Source: Amoebophrya sp. A120 (Eukaryota; Protista; Dinoflagellata). From it: DNA of 64,000 nucleotides. Below are positions 11,627-22,558 of the stretch, in pieces. The number at the start of each line of letters is the position of its first letter. Position 1 is the first letter of the stretch. The notes beneath the pieces were generated by a model that was not told the origin of the DNA, searched no databases, and worked only from the letters and a program-made list of their open reading frames with translations. The DNA is taken from positions 3,009,144 to 3,073,143 of the forward strand of contig CAJINV010000011.1 in NCBI GenBank assembly GCA_905178155.1, given 5' to 3'. A program made the translations under genes and the position numbers.

Positions 11627-14600
11627 TCAGGCCGCAGCACCCACCCCGAATACGTACTCCAACCGCCGGCGCTCCAGGTCGAGCTGCTGCGCGGCCCGGC
11701 GCCGGTCCTCCTCCGTTTCTTCCGTGCGGAAAAAGGCCTGGTTCTGGGAGAGCAGGAGATCCAGCACGAAGGGGCTTGCAGCCTTCTCCAGCCCGTATTT
11801 GACGCGCAGTTGGTCCAGGACGGTGGCCACCTCCAAGTGAAAGCCGCTGGAGTCCGTCTCGTGGCCGCCCGTGTTCAGACAGTCCAACAGGGATCCGCAC
11901 TGCGCCAACTGCTTCAAAATGCTGCGCGGAAACGCGGTGAGTGGTCCCAGCATGCCGTTCAGCACGCAGGACAAAATCAGCTTGATCCGCCGGCTCGCCA
12001 AACTGGGGCGCCGCGACGCGGTCCACTGCCGGTTCACGGAAATGATGTCCAGGGCGGCGGCCAGAAGCATGAAGAAGGGGGCGTGCGATTTTGCGGCCGC
12101 AGTGGTAGCGCCAGACACAGTCGCCAAATGGTCACTGTCTGGGGATTTTGCCATGACCTCCTGCTTCAACATCTCAGAAGATGACGCAACGCATCCATTT
12201 CCGCCTGTAGGCCGCGGCATAGTCCCGCCACCCGATCCATTCTTTGAAATTGATGCAGTTCTTGCTATCCTCTCTTCTGTACCTATGCTACACGACGGCG
12301 AGGGAAACAAGTAGAGTGCCGACAGAGCGGCGGTGTGCGCCCACTCGTCTTCGTCGTCTTTTGCCTGAACGCCCAGTCGCGCCTTCCTTGCCACCTCGCG
12401 GACAAACTCGCGGTCGACCGCGGTGGGCAGGTGCAGCAGGTCCAAAAACCCCAAAGCGTAAAGAAACTGCCGGTAAAAAGTCAGTCGGGTTGATGCGCTC
12501 GTGGCTGTCGGCTTGCTAGTAGAAGTTCTTGCAGATCCACTTTGTTCGGGCCGAAGATGAGCTGGGCTAAAATGTCCAAACCACTCCTTATCCTGGTACC
12601 CCACTTCGCGCAACACCCGTTCCGCCAGTTCTTCATCCCGATACCGCAATTTCGCACAAGACCACAACAACGCAACCTTCTGCACCGAGGTCAGCGCGTG
12701 CCACTTCTTTTGTTCCAAAGGGGGCACATGCACATCAAGAGCGATACTCTCGTCATGATCCGAAACGCGCCGTTCCGGCTCGTCTTCCTGGCGGTCGTGT
12801 AGTACTTCGTCCACCAAAACCTTCATAAAATCATCATCCTCCAGATACTGGTCTGCGAAGCTGAAGGCCACGCTGACAATCTGCCGCCCGTCGAACGTCC
12901 GAATGGTCTCCTGGGTCCGCTTCGCCAGCATGAACATCCAAAACTCGTCTGTTGGCAACACGCGCCGCCCCAGCGCTGTGATCATGCGACTGCAGTCCGC
13001 GGCGGATAGCGCGTCCACGTGGTCGCACACATAATCCGAGTACAAACCGACGAACTGCCCCCCCAGCCGCGTCGCGGCGCGGCCGCGAGCCTGGAACGCG
13101 TTAATGTGGCTTCGCGGCGGACCGCAGTTCACATTGTCGTTGCTCTTCAGCATGTTGCCAAACAGCCGCTTATTCGGAACATTGGCCTGAAGACCGTCGA
13201 TCGATCTACCCGGAAAGCCCGGCGCGCACGCCGGCGCTGCGAGGTTGTCTGCGAAGTAAGCGAAGGCCTCGAGCACAGGCACCATGCCCGCACGAATGAA
13301 AGGCAGGTTGGCCTTGGACACGCAGAGCTTGACGTATTTCACCAGCATCTCGTCCCGCGTTTCGTGCTCCCGGGGCTGCACGGCGCGGGCGCCTTCCAGA
13401 TACTCCGCTGTGAGGAAGGCTACGCGCGCTTCGTCTTCATTTTCAAAATTTTTCCCCGCTGTCCGGCTTGTCGTACCCTCTTTCTCGTCTGAAATGTTGA
13501 GAAAATACGTTCGTTCCCCTCGGACCTGGTGCTGCGCGACCACCCGCAGGTCCCGTTCCAGGTTTTCCTCCCCTTTCCACAAGTGTTCGCTGTAGGAAAG
13601 GGTCTGCGTCTGCATAGATTCCGAGAGGAAGGGGACAACGAGCGGTACCGCGGTGGTGGTGGGCAGGAGCCGCAGCACTGCGTAGGCGTCGCGCTCCGTG
13701 CGGAGGGCTGCGTGCGTCAGGTTATTATTTCCTTTGGTGAGAAAAGTGCCAATCACGTCGCTCGCTGCCAGGTTTTCCACCGGGAACTGCGGGTTGATGG
13801 AGTAGTCCGGGGACGGGGCGGGAGGGTAGGAAATAGATGGCGCGCAACTTCGTTTCGCTGTTGTCGCACCGTGTACAACTTCATGACCTGTTCCAGCTCC
13901 AGCTTCGTTCGCTCGACTTACCACCCCAGAGAGCGAAGCGTCTGCACTTCCTTCCCCTGTCTCGTCTGTCGAGGGCGAAAACGAGAAGTCTTGCTGCGCC
14001 AAAAAGTAGTGCCGGTGGCGCGTCAGCACCAGGTCGAAGAGCGTGTGGGCCTTTCGATGTTGATGTTGTGTAGTTGCGGGAATGGATTGTAGTTCCACTG
14101 CATCTCCTGCACCATAATTATTCATCCCATGGAGATCGTATTCATCCAAAACGCGCTCCAGCAGGTGCAGAAATACTGGTGTCGATAGGCGACCGATGGC
14201 GTCAGGACTTAGTGTTGGAGCAGGTGTCTTTGGTCGTTCTATTGGTTGTTGTGGCTTCTTTGCTAGCACCACATCCACTTCGCGGTCCTTCTCTGTCGTG
14301 CATCCTCCAGTTCTTTCCGGCTCTTGTTGTCCCTGCTCTACTCCCGCTTGAGAGATCGATAAAACATCTCCTGGCGATGCTAGTACAACTTCTCTGCCTG
14401 ACGAGCTGCAGCTCAACATGCCCCCGATGGCTGCAAGGACGCTGTCCTGGTGCTCGTCTCGCAGCAGCTCCAAAGTTCTGCGGTCATGCTCCGAACAGAG
14501 CGCGGCGACGGCGGGGGTCAGTTGTCGGACCACGGGACGAGCAGAGGCTGCTGAACTACCGGCTCCGCTTTCGGCAGCAGCTCTGTTGCGGATCATAAAC

Positions 14601-14794
14601 GACGCTGATGCAGCTCCGTTCTTGTTGTTACGTGGTCCACCTGGGGGTGGCGGCGGTGGCGCAAACTTGCATTTGCTCGCAGCAGCCGTGGTGCTCAAAG
14701 ACCGAAGAGAACGGGCAGGAGCCGGAAAAACTACGCTACCACCAGAGGGAGCGCGCCGGAACTTGTAGAGAGGAACTGTTCTCAATCTCACCAT
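11627..14794 (-). CDS. Organelle-targeted helical-repeat RNA-binding protein with a RAP-like C-terminus (FASTK/HPR-like)
   Basis: 1055-aa ORF. Arg/Ser/Ala-rich N-terminus, repeats such as QKVALLWSCAKLRYRDEEL and QIVSVAFSFADQ, C-terminal SSGFHLEVATVLDQLRVKYGLEKAASPFVLDLLL. Confidence 0.65.
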   Translation of the reverse strand: MVRLRTVPLYKFRRAPSGGSVVFPAPARSLRSLSTTAAASKCKFAPPPPPPGGPRNNKNGAASASFMIRNRAAAESGAGSSAASARPVVRQLTPAVAALCSEHDRRTLELLRDEHQDSVLAAIGGMLSCSSSGREVVLASPGDVLSISQAGVEQGQQEPERTGGCTTEKDREVDVVLAKKPQQPIERPKTPAPTLSPDAIGRLSTPVFLHLLERVLDEYDLHGMNNYGAGDAVELQSIPATTQHQHRKAHTLFDLVLTRHRHYFLAQQDFSFSPSTDETGEGSADASLSGVVSRANEAGAGTGHEVVHGATTAKRSCAPSISYPPAPSPDYSINPQFPVENLAASDVIGTFLTKGNNNLTHAALRTERDAYAVLRLLPTTTAVPLVVPFLSESMQTQTLSYSEHLWKGEENLERDLRVVAQHQVRGERTYFLNISDEKEGTTSRTAGKNFENEDEARVAFLTAEYLEGARAVQPREHETRDEMLVKYVKLCVSKANLPFIRAGMVPVLEAFAYFADNLAAPACAPGFPGRSIDGLQANVPNKRLFGNMLKSNDNVNCGPPRSHINAFQARGRAATRLGGQFVGLYSDYVCDHVDALSAADCSRMITALGRRVLPTDEFWMFMLAKRTQETIRTFDGRQIVSVAFSFADQYLEDDDFMKVLVDEVLHDRQEDEPERRVSDHDESIALDVHVPPLEQKKWHALTSVQKVALLWSCAKLRYRDEELAERVLREVGYQDKEWFGHFSPAHLRPEQSGSARTSTSKPTATSASTRLTFYRQFLYALGFLDLLHLPTAVDREFVREVARKARLGVQAKDDEDEWAHTAALSALYLFPSPSCSIGTEERIARTASISKNGSGGGTMPRPTGGNGCVASSSEMLKQEVMAKSPDSDHLATVSGATTAAAKSHAPFFMLLAAALDIISVNRQWTASRRPSLASRRIKLILSCVLNGMLGPLTAFPRSILKQLAQCGSLLDCLNTGGHETDSSGFHLEVATVLDQLRVKYGLEKAASPFVLDLLLSQNQAFFRTEETEEDRRRAAQQLDLERRRLEYVFGVGAAA

Positions 14795-17700
14795 GGTGTA
14801 GTTGCACTAGTGGTGCCCTTTGTATTTCAACTGGTTTCTGCTTGGTTCTTCTATTGGCATATTTCATGCACTTACGCTTACCCCCTTTATCTTCACCTTT
14901 AGTGTTGATCTGCCCATCTTGCAAAGTACTTGCAAAGGAAGAAGCGTCTTGAATTGGTCCTATCTTTATACCACCTTCCTTCAACTCTTGAGCAAATGGA
15001 AAAAGTAAAAGACTTTCAGAGCACTCTTTCGGAAAGAAGGCATCAATCCCATGTTCTTGATGCTGCTCTTGCTCCTCCGCACTCCATTTCCAGCCAAGAT
15101 CCCACTAAACATCAAATGATCCAAACCAGAACGAACGAGGAGCGATCCCATGTGAAAATTATGCATAGAAGATCCTCTACTACACGGATGCGGATCGCCG
15201 TGATGTCTGAACGCCGTATTAAAGTGAACTACATGATCTATCTGCACGCAAAAGCAAAAATCAAAAGTTTTTCGACACCAGAGAGCCACAACGAAATAGG
15301 GTGAAGGACAAAGAAGATGCGGGTCTACTTACTGTCGTGGTCGTGGATGTGGATCTGCATTTTATCACCCGCTAGGTAAAAAAGCTGCTTCTTGTTCCAT
15401 TTTCGTTCGCTATCGTACCCAACACTCTCTCTCTCGTCTTCTTGAGAGTCTGCACATCCAACATGAAAGCGCGTTCAGTCATATTTTCACACAAAAACTG
15501 TGTGTTCTTCAGAAGTGATGGACTCGTTCCTTGGCTTCGCTGTAGTCGTTTTGTTTCCGTCTCGTTTTTTTTTTTATTGAGGCGTGTTGCTTCTATTTCT
15601 GCACGGTCATTATTTACGTCACGTAAGTAGAAGCACGCGTACAAAACCACGACGCCAACATATGAAAAGTTTCATAAATTTTTCATCCCTATAATTACAA
15701 CCGCCGGAAAGATGCTTCAGCGGCCGAAGTTGAGACACTTGTGTCGGGGGCGGAAGAAAATCCAGCAGACCCAGAACACAATCCCGGTAAACATGGCGTA
15801 CATGCTGTTGTGCATGGTAATCACCATCTCCATCATGGGGCACGCTGGGTCGTGACCACCTGTAGTTTTGATGTACTTCAATCTACATTTGTGGAAGTTG
15901 GAGCATTTCAATAGATGTTTCTCCTTTCTTATGTACACGACTTGCAGTAGCACCGTCAACTACATATCAGAAATGATACCCCAATCAAATCTCCATGGCA
16001 GGGGGTAGTCGCACCGCACCGGTTGTTGTCTTGCGAGCAGAGGTGATCCACCCGACGAGCGTCGTGCCTTTAACCTGACAGAGGTGCGACGAATACGTCA
16101 GAGGATTTTTTTGCTACTTGTACTTGTAGTGTAGAAGAGCAGAGCACAGGTGCACGACATTCCCATGTCATCATGCGAGTATATCGATATCCGTGTCTGT
16201 TTGGTGAATTGAATTTTCAATCTTGTCGAATTGCAAAAAACGTGTAAATTTGATACCTCGAGAACAGCCCTCCTGGAGTCTGCCACCTGAGCACCCGGCG
16301 TCCTATTTCGTCCTGCCAGTCCATGATTGCAAGGTGTCAAACGACTTTACGTTTTCAGTTTCGAATTCGATTATGTACACGCAGATCGCAGTCGCGAGTA
16401 CGGAATAAACGTCGGATAACACATCGGTTGTATGAAAAGCAGATATACGAATAAAGTCGCTTTAAGTACAAACAATTCCGCTCTGTCGCTCTCTCTCCAG
16501 TGTAGCTCGAACTTTAAATCATGTTTCGCTCCAATCAACCAAAGGAGGAGGAGGATCCTTCACACCTGTTTAAGCTATACTTATTGCTATCAAGTGGAAC
16601 ATGACTTCGCAGATCACCCGGAGGAAACGAGCAGGGAGGCACCGCTCTCAGGAGAAACACCTAATCGGCCAGCATTATCTCCCGTTCCTTGTACCAATCG
16701 CGCCATAATGCAACTACATCTCTTTGAGTCGCGGGCACTGAGGTACACTGTTGCAGCTTCGTCTCTTCGAGCCGCGGCCGGGTGCGCTCCATCTGCTCAC
16801 AAGCATGCCCTCTGTGGTGCGGCTGTCTACGCTGGGACGGTCCGGGGCTTGGGCGAGTTTAGGGTCATATTGGGCACCATATATGTTAGGTGCTTGTCCC
16901 TTAACTCTGTAGACAATTCGCTGCCTCCGCCCGGGAGCAGCTTGCGGCAGAGCTCACCTCTCCGCTTTCTTCACGATCAGGCTCTGCAGGGCGGTAACAT
17001 ATTTTTTCATGCTACTACCCTCTCTCGGATGGCTCTGGCCGGACCTTCGTCTTGTTCTACAAAGTCCGCGTCTACGGAATCAAGACACGAACTTTAGCGT
17101 CTTTGTTTGATTTGAGATTCTTCCACTTAGCGGCAGCACTGGAGGGCGGGGAATTCGAATATCTATGGATCTGTACCTTGAATCGAGATATTCGAAAGGG
17201 ATAAATCAGGAATCTCTATCTGAGAAAATCAATATCTGTATCTATCGACATCTCAGCAGCTTCTGGTCCGGATAAAAATATTTTCTCTCGCTCTTGGTTG
17301 TTTCTCCTGGACAGCCTGCCTGCTGTTTCGTGTTTTCGCCGTGGATCGTTTTCGTGTTCTGGAGCTAGTCGTGACCTGTTCGCTTTCGTTCTCTCACCTT
17401 GTTCTCTCGCGGGCCGTGGGAAAGAAGATGTGAAAGACGACTGAAAGCTGTGGATCCGTCTGGGGACATTTATGCACCCCGGTAGCACGGCGGAGTCGAA
17501 AGCTGTTGCTCCGCCATAGAGTCGTGGGACCGCCACAGACCGGCCCTCACAGTGGTTCTAATTTTCTCTCGCATTCCTGATGTTGCTAACAGCTCGCTGG
17601 TGCCCGTTTGCTTCGCTCCAATCAACCAAAGTGTCTAGCACGTGCTCTTGGTGGCGCCTTGTTGTCCAGAATGAATCACGGGCAATAAAAAAAAACAGCA

Positions 17701-18121
17701 AAATAGGCTCCTTTCATCAATCACTCTGGGAACGCAGAATTATCTCAGGGCATGTTCCAATGCACGATGAACGACGTGCGTGTGCATCATGTGCAGGACA
17801 AAAATATCACGCACGGCGTCTGTGCGCAGAGGGCGAGTAGGATGGGAATTACATTTTGAAAAAGTTTCATTTTGTCATCTTCTAGCAGCGCCAGGCGCGC
17901 AAGCGGGACGGATGGTGCAACCACATAATTCTTTTAGTCAACAGCAGTATCAACTTGATGGGAAAACGAGCTGTATATTGTTTCGGAGGGAGAGACTAAT
18001 ATTTTTCTTCAATCATACACGCCTTCGAGCGTATTTCTTCGCTCTTTTGCTTTGCGATTGCGCGGCACTCCCCGTTGGGAAGATCGCCGCGCAATAAAAT
18101 GCAAAGAATTTCATCAGTCTT

Positions 18122-19052
18122 CTACTTATCGCCAAGAGCCCGTCGCCAACACGCCACCTCGGTGCGAGCGGAGGGTCCGGTCCCGATCGCTTTGGCTGCG
18201 GTGTCGATGTGCAAGCAGGGCGGTTGCTCCATACGCCGGATGAGTTCAAAACCTTGTCGTGTTAACAACTGCTCCACGAGGCTGAAGCTGAGTTCGAAAG
18301 GCGGCCCCGTACCTGGACTTTCCGTCAAAAGTTCGTAGGATTTTGGCTCCACAGTGCCGTCCTTGTTATCCCGAATGGGAAAAATGCAAGTCCACAGCTC
18401 GCCCGTGTCTTTTCGGATCACCTCTGCGTGCCTTTTTGCCCACTTCTCCCGTGTGGCGGGCTCCAGGGCACAAAGAAAAGTGCAATCCCAGACGAGGTCA
18501 AAGCCCTCGGGGGGGAGGTGGGGAAAGTCCTGCGTTTTAGTATCAAGTTTTTAATTATCTTCGTCGTACAGTTTTGGTTTTCATTTGTATTTCGGCCGAG
18601 AAAATACAAGCGAGAGCAGTTGCATCCTTACCCCCTACCTCCATGAAAAAGAATCCAAAAAAAACACATACTTCGAAAAAGTTCCCGCAAACGGCCACGG
18701 CGTTTTCATTTTTCTCTTGCGCCCCGAGCCACTCTTTCGCCCTTTCACTCCCGGTCTGGCTCAAGTCCAGCGTGACGGCGAAGGTATTCGGAATCGTCTG
18801 CGACAGTAGCAATGCGTCGTAACCACGGCCACCGCCCGGCACCAACGCGTTTTTCTTCTCTGGTCCAGCAAAATTGTACCTTGCTTCCGTCGTGTACTCG
18901 GGCAAGGTCAACAAATGTGTCAACACGGGCGACGCACTGCCGACATCGAAGCGCTGACCCGGCTGCAGGCCCCCCGCCCAAACGTCTTCCCAGTGCGGCG
19001 AAGTGCCCGCGCGCGCGAGAGCGTCGCGATCCTCGTCCTCCGGGGATGTCAT
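18122..19052 (-). CDS. SAM-dependent thiol/halide methyltransferase (TPMT/HOL-like), one GT-AG intron
   Basis: WEDVW..FDVGSASP and ALVPGGGRGYD. Joining GAA|GTATG...CAG|GAC gives GNFFE-DFPHLPPEGFDLVWDCTFLCALEPATREKWA..IFPI..GPPF. Confidence 0.85.
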
Positions 19053-19336
19053 TAATTTAGTTGGGGATGCGGGGGTGAAGGTGGTGACAAACGTGACGAG
19101 CACGAGTATGATGAAACGAAGTTACTTACTCACTCAGTGTCACAGACTTCGTCGACAACGCAAACTTGTTGCGTTTATTCTCCGATAAAGAGCAGCCTGA
19201 GCAGAGTTCTCCACGGACCTGGCTGAATAACTCGCTCACTCTGTTTTGCACAACAAAACAGAAGATTCTAAAAGGTACACTGAACACCCCATACTTCATT
19301 CAACAGAGCTAACGTCCGCAACGACCTCTTGGCTCG

Positions 19337-21274
19337 TCAACAAAAATCGGATGTCGCAAGCACTTCTACTTCGCTGGTCTCCTCCTCAACAAGTTCTGCC
19401 TTGATTTCTGCGGAATGCTCCCCCGCCGAGAAAGTCGGGGGGCGAAGTAAAAACTCCGTGATCATGCCGGGGTTGTTCTGGAAAGCATTTCCTATCTCTG
19501 TTCTAGAATTCTTTTCTTCATTTTCGCTCCATATCCTTATTGCCGGCTCGGTCCACGCCACTTGCGACACGTATCGATTTTCCCCGATCTGCACCAATGC
19601 TTTCTGCGCTTCCGAATGTTCGAAAACTTCGCGCAAGTCGTTCACGGCGCCAGCCGGGATCCCCAGTTGCCCGCACTTCTCCAAAAGCGCCTGTCGGTCC
19701 CGCTGCGCGAAGCTTTGTTGCAGACTCCTTTTCAATGCCTCGCGGTCGGCGCAGCGCTGCACGTTGGTTTTCCACTTTTCAGGAACGTTAAGTGAGGTAG
19801 TAGCCCTATTCGGTGAAGTAGAAACTACAGCAGCGGGTAATGCTGTAGTTGGGGATGATGATGTTGCCGTCTCTTCTGTGTACAATGACCGGGTCCTCTC
19901 GGTACTGTCTGTACCAGAATCATCAACTATATCATCCTGGTCTTCTTGCAGAAATTCGCTATACAGCTTTGCGAACTGCGCGTCGGTCCCGACCGCCAGG
20001 ACAAAGGGTTTTCGCTCCTTATCGTAAAACACCGTTCCGTAGGGCGCAATCGACGGGTGATCCGACCCTAAAGGCTGCGGAATTTTCTTTTCCAGAACGT
20101 ACGCACTCGCCTGGTTCGCCAGTGCGGTGACCGCAGAACGCAGCAGAGACACCTCGACAAATTTATGGTGGGCCGCCGGTGGGTGAGGTAAAACGCGCGG
20201 CAGGTTAGGTGCATTGCGGCTTTCATCTGGGTTCGCTTTACATGATGCTCCACCTTCCCCCGCCAATTTTGAATCTGCTTCCGCTTCCTCTCGTGCAGCT
20301 CTCCCCCTACTTCCGTAGTTGTTCATCTGCTGGCGCTCGTAGAGCGCCACCAGGATCGCCTGTTTCAGCTGGTGTGCCGCGAGCAGGTCCATCAGTGCGA
20401 CGGGCATTTTCAGCGGTGTAGTATCTACCGACTCCCGATTTAGAAACATGAAGCCAGCCTCCGCTTGAATGCAGGCGTCGTAGCCCGCACGCTGGTCAGT
20501 CGTACCACCGTAACCCGTTATCGCCCCGTAGATGAGCCCAGGATGCTGGTGCTGTGGTTTGGAATAAAACGATTCTTCTTGTTGTTCCGATTTCAGTTCC
20601 TCATGATCTGGGTTCGTTCCTCGTCCACATTTGTTTATTTTCCCTTGTAGTTCATCAAGTTCTACCGCCTGCACGCACGTTTCGTAGTCGATTCTTAACC
20701 TCTGTACTTCGGCCTGCGTCTTGTAGGACGCCAGCACAATGTCCGACTTTCGGAGCAGCTTGTGGAAAATTTCGTAATCCTCACTTGCTTTCAGATCGAG
20801 CGAAATTGAGCGCTTCCCGAGGTTGCAGCCTTGGAAGTAGCTGGAGGGCTCGCACTTGCTGCCTTGCGTTTTCCATCTTCGGGTGACGTCACCCTCGGTT
20901 TTCGGATTCTCGACTTTAATCACGTCGCAACCCAGTTCCGCGAGAAACTGCCCCACCGAGGGTCCCGCGAGCACGGAACAGAGTTCGAGACACCGAAGCC
21001 CTTGGAGCGGCCGGGGGGAGGAGGGGGAGAAGGAGATAGAAGATGAAGAAAATAAACAGGATTTTTTGGCGCAGTGCAGTGTGCGAAGCGGCCAGCGTGA
21101 CCGCCTGATCGAGAGTGTTGGCCCTCGAGGGCTGGCGAAAGATGTGCACGACCGGAGCTTGTAGTCGTTCGCCGGAAAACCAGCACGTGGAATCACGCTA
21201 AGAATGCACGTGGTACCTCGCCGCACGAGCAGCTCCATCATGGCACTGTGCAGGCAAACTGCGAGCCTTTTCAC
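19337..21274 (-). CDS. CoA-transferase family III (CaiB/BaiF, SUGCT-like)
   Basis: PLQGLRCLELCSVLAGPSVGQFLAELGCDVIKVENPKTEGDVTR, NLGKRSISLDLK, ITGYG, GYDACIQAEAGFM, HPSIAPYG, GEHSAEI. Exact start uncertain. Confidence 0.92.
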   Translation of the reverse strand: MKRLAVCLHSAMMELLVRRGTTCILSVIPRAGFPANDYKLRSCTSFASPRGPTLSIRRSRWPLRTLHCAKKSCLFSSSSISFSPSSPRPLQGLRCLELCSVLAGPSVGQFLAELGCDVIKVENPKTEGDVTRRWKTQGSKCEPSSYFQGCNLGKRSISLDLKASEDYEIFHKLLRKSDIVLASYKTQAEVQRLRIDYETCVQAVELDELQGKINKCGRGTNPDHEELKSEQQEESFYSKPQHQHPGLIYGAITGYGGTTDQRAGYDACIQAEAGFMFLNRESVDTTPLKMPVALMDLLAAHQLKQAILVALYERQQMNNYGSRGRAAREEAEADSKLAGEGGASCKANPDESRNAPNLPRVLPHPPAAHHKFVEVSLLRSAVTALANQASAYVLEKKIPQPLGSDHPSIAPYGTVFYDKERKPFVLAVGTDAQFAKLYSEFLQEDQDDIVDDSGTDSTERTRSLYTEETATSSSPTTALPAAVVSTSPNRATTSLNVPEKWKTNVQRCADREALKRSLQQSFAQRDRQALLEKCGQLGIPAGAVNDLREVFEHSEAQKALVQIGENRYVSQVAWTEPAIRIWSENEEKNSRTEIGNAFQNNPGMITEFLLRPPTFSAGEHSAEIKAELVEEETSEVEVLATSDFC

Positions 21275-21550
21275 AGAGAACGCAAAGAGAATGACTCAAC
21301 GTAAGATCGGATCTTTACGCAAAAAGTCTCAATATCTCTCGTCTCTCCATGGCTTCAATTGCATGCAGACGCAAAACCAACAACAGACAAAACCGGAACA
21401 GGCCGCAGCGGAAGACTTTCTCCCATTTTCATTTTGGGACCATTTCATGAATTGTTCAATATCTAAAGCATAAGCATTGCTGCAGGGAAACAAAAACCTA
21501 CACAGCTACGTACTTTGTCCCTGCAAATCATCCTAGTATCCACCGGCGTT

Positions 21551-22558
21551 CTACTCTCGCTTCCCCACCAGCGAGAAACTGACGAAAACTGTCCTGCCAA
21601 CGGCCAACGTGGGCCAGTTGGAGAGTATGTCAAAGTCAAAGCGATTGAACTCTCCGGTCACCAAGGCCTGCACCTCCTCTTTATCCAGTTTCGTGACCAC
21701 CACATCTAATACCACCGGTTTTTCGATGCCCCGAATGCAGACCGTCCCAGGGACCCGGTGCTCGTTAAGAAGTCGCGGGTTTTTATCCGCGTTCTTCGCT
21801 TTTTCCCACTGCTCGTCGGCCGTGGGCACGTGGCTGGCCACGGAGAGAAGGGTTGTCTTGTTGGTGCTGAAGGTCATGAGCGGAAACTTCTCCACCTCGA
21901 AAAACTCGTTACGCATCCGCCGGTCCCGCAGCCAGCTCTGCGTGTCGATCGAATCCGCGTTGACCGAAACACTGACCTGCTGCAGCTCGAAATACCCAGG
22001 ATGGTCGACAGAATCCTGCTCTTCATCCTCTGCATTTTTGTTCCTCGTGAAAGAACCTTCGCTACTTTCGTCTGTTCCTGCAACAGCGCTGCTGCTGCTT
22101 TCGCTTCTTGGCGTCACGAAAGTTATCCCGGTGTCACCTTTCGTCTGCACATGCCCGCTGAAGTTCTTGAAGGTCCCGTCCACGGTCATGCCCCAGTGCG
22201 AACATTTGAAGTTCAAAGCACTGCATTCCGGCGAGAAACGAAACTTCGTCGGCTGCGGAGATTTTTTTTCCTCTGATGAAGGAGCTGGCATGATTCTCCC
22301 ATCGGTGGATGAGCCGGAACCTTCTCCGGTCTTACCCGCAAGTAACTTCTCGCCTACCATAATTTTCAACCCAGAGAGGCGCTCGGCGACGGAGCACCAG
22401 GGAAGAAGAGACGAAACTCGCTGCTCGAAATCTGAATCTTGAGAAACAACAAACTCCCGGTCGCGCAGGAGGTAATGCGTCGCTGTGCCGCCGCCAACTA
22501 CCAGAGTGGCCCCAAACGCAAATCGGTCGGCGCTCTCCTTGGTGAAGAGACGACGCAT
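21551..22558 (-). CDS. YceI-like lipid/polyisoprenoid-binding protein
   Basis: SALNFKCSHWGMTVDGTFKNFSG, SIDTQSWLRDRRMRNEFFEVEKFPLMTF, GTVCIRGIEKPV, FNRFDFDI. Confidence 0.85.
   Translation of the reverse strand: MRRLFTKESADRFAFGATLVVGGGTATHYLLRDREFVVSQDSDFEQRVSSLLPWCSVAERLSGLKIMVGEKLLAGKTGEGSGSSTDGRIMPAPSSEEKKSPQPTKFRFSPECSALNFKCSHWGMTVDGTFKNFSGHVQTKGDTGITFVTPRSESSSSAVAGTDESSEGSFTRNKNAEDEEQDSVDHPGYFELQQVSVSVNADSIDTQSWLRDRRMRNEFFEVEKFPLMTFSTNKTTLLSVASHVPTADEQWEKAKNADKNPRLLNEHRVPGTVCIRGIEKPVVLDVVVTKLDKEEVQALVTGEFNRFDFDILSNWPTLAVGRTVFVSFSLVGKRE

Noticed and set aside
15300-17600. Possible small multi-exon gene(s)
   Set aside because: Only short ORFs without recognisable motifs; no supportable model could be built.
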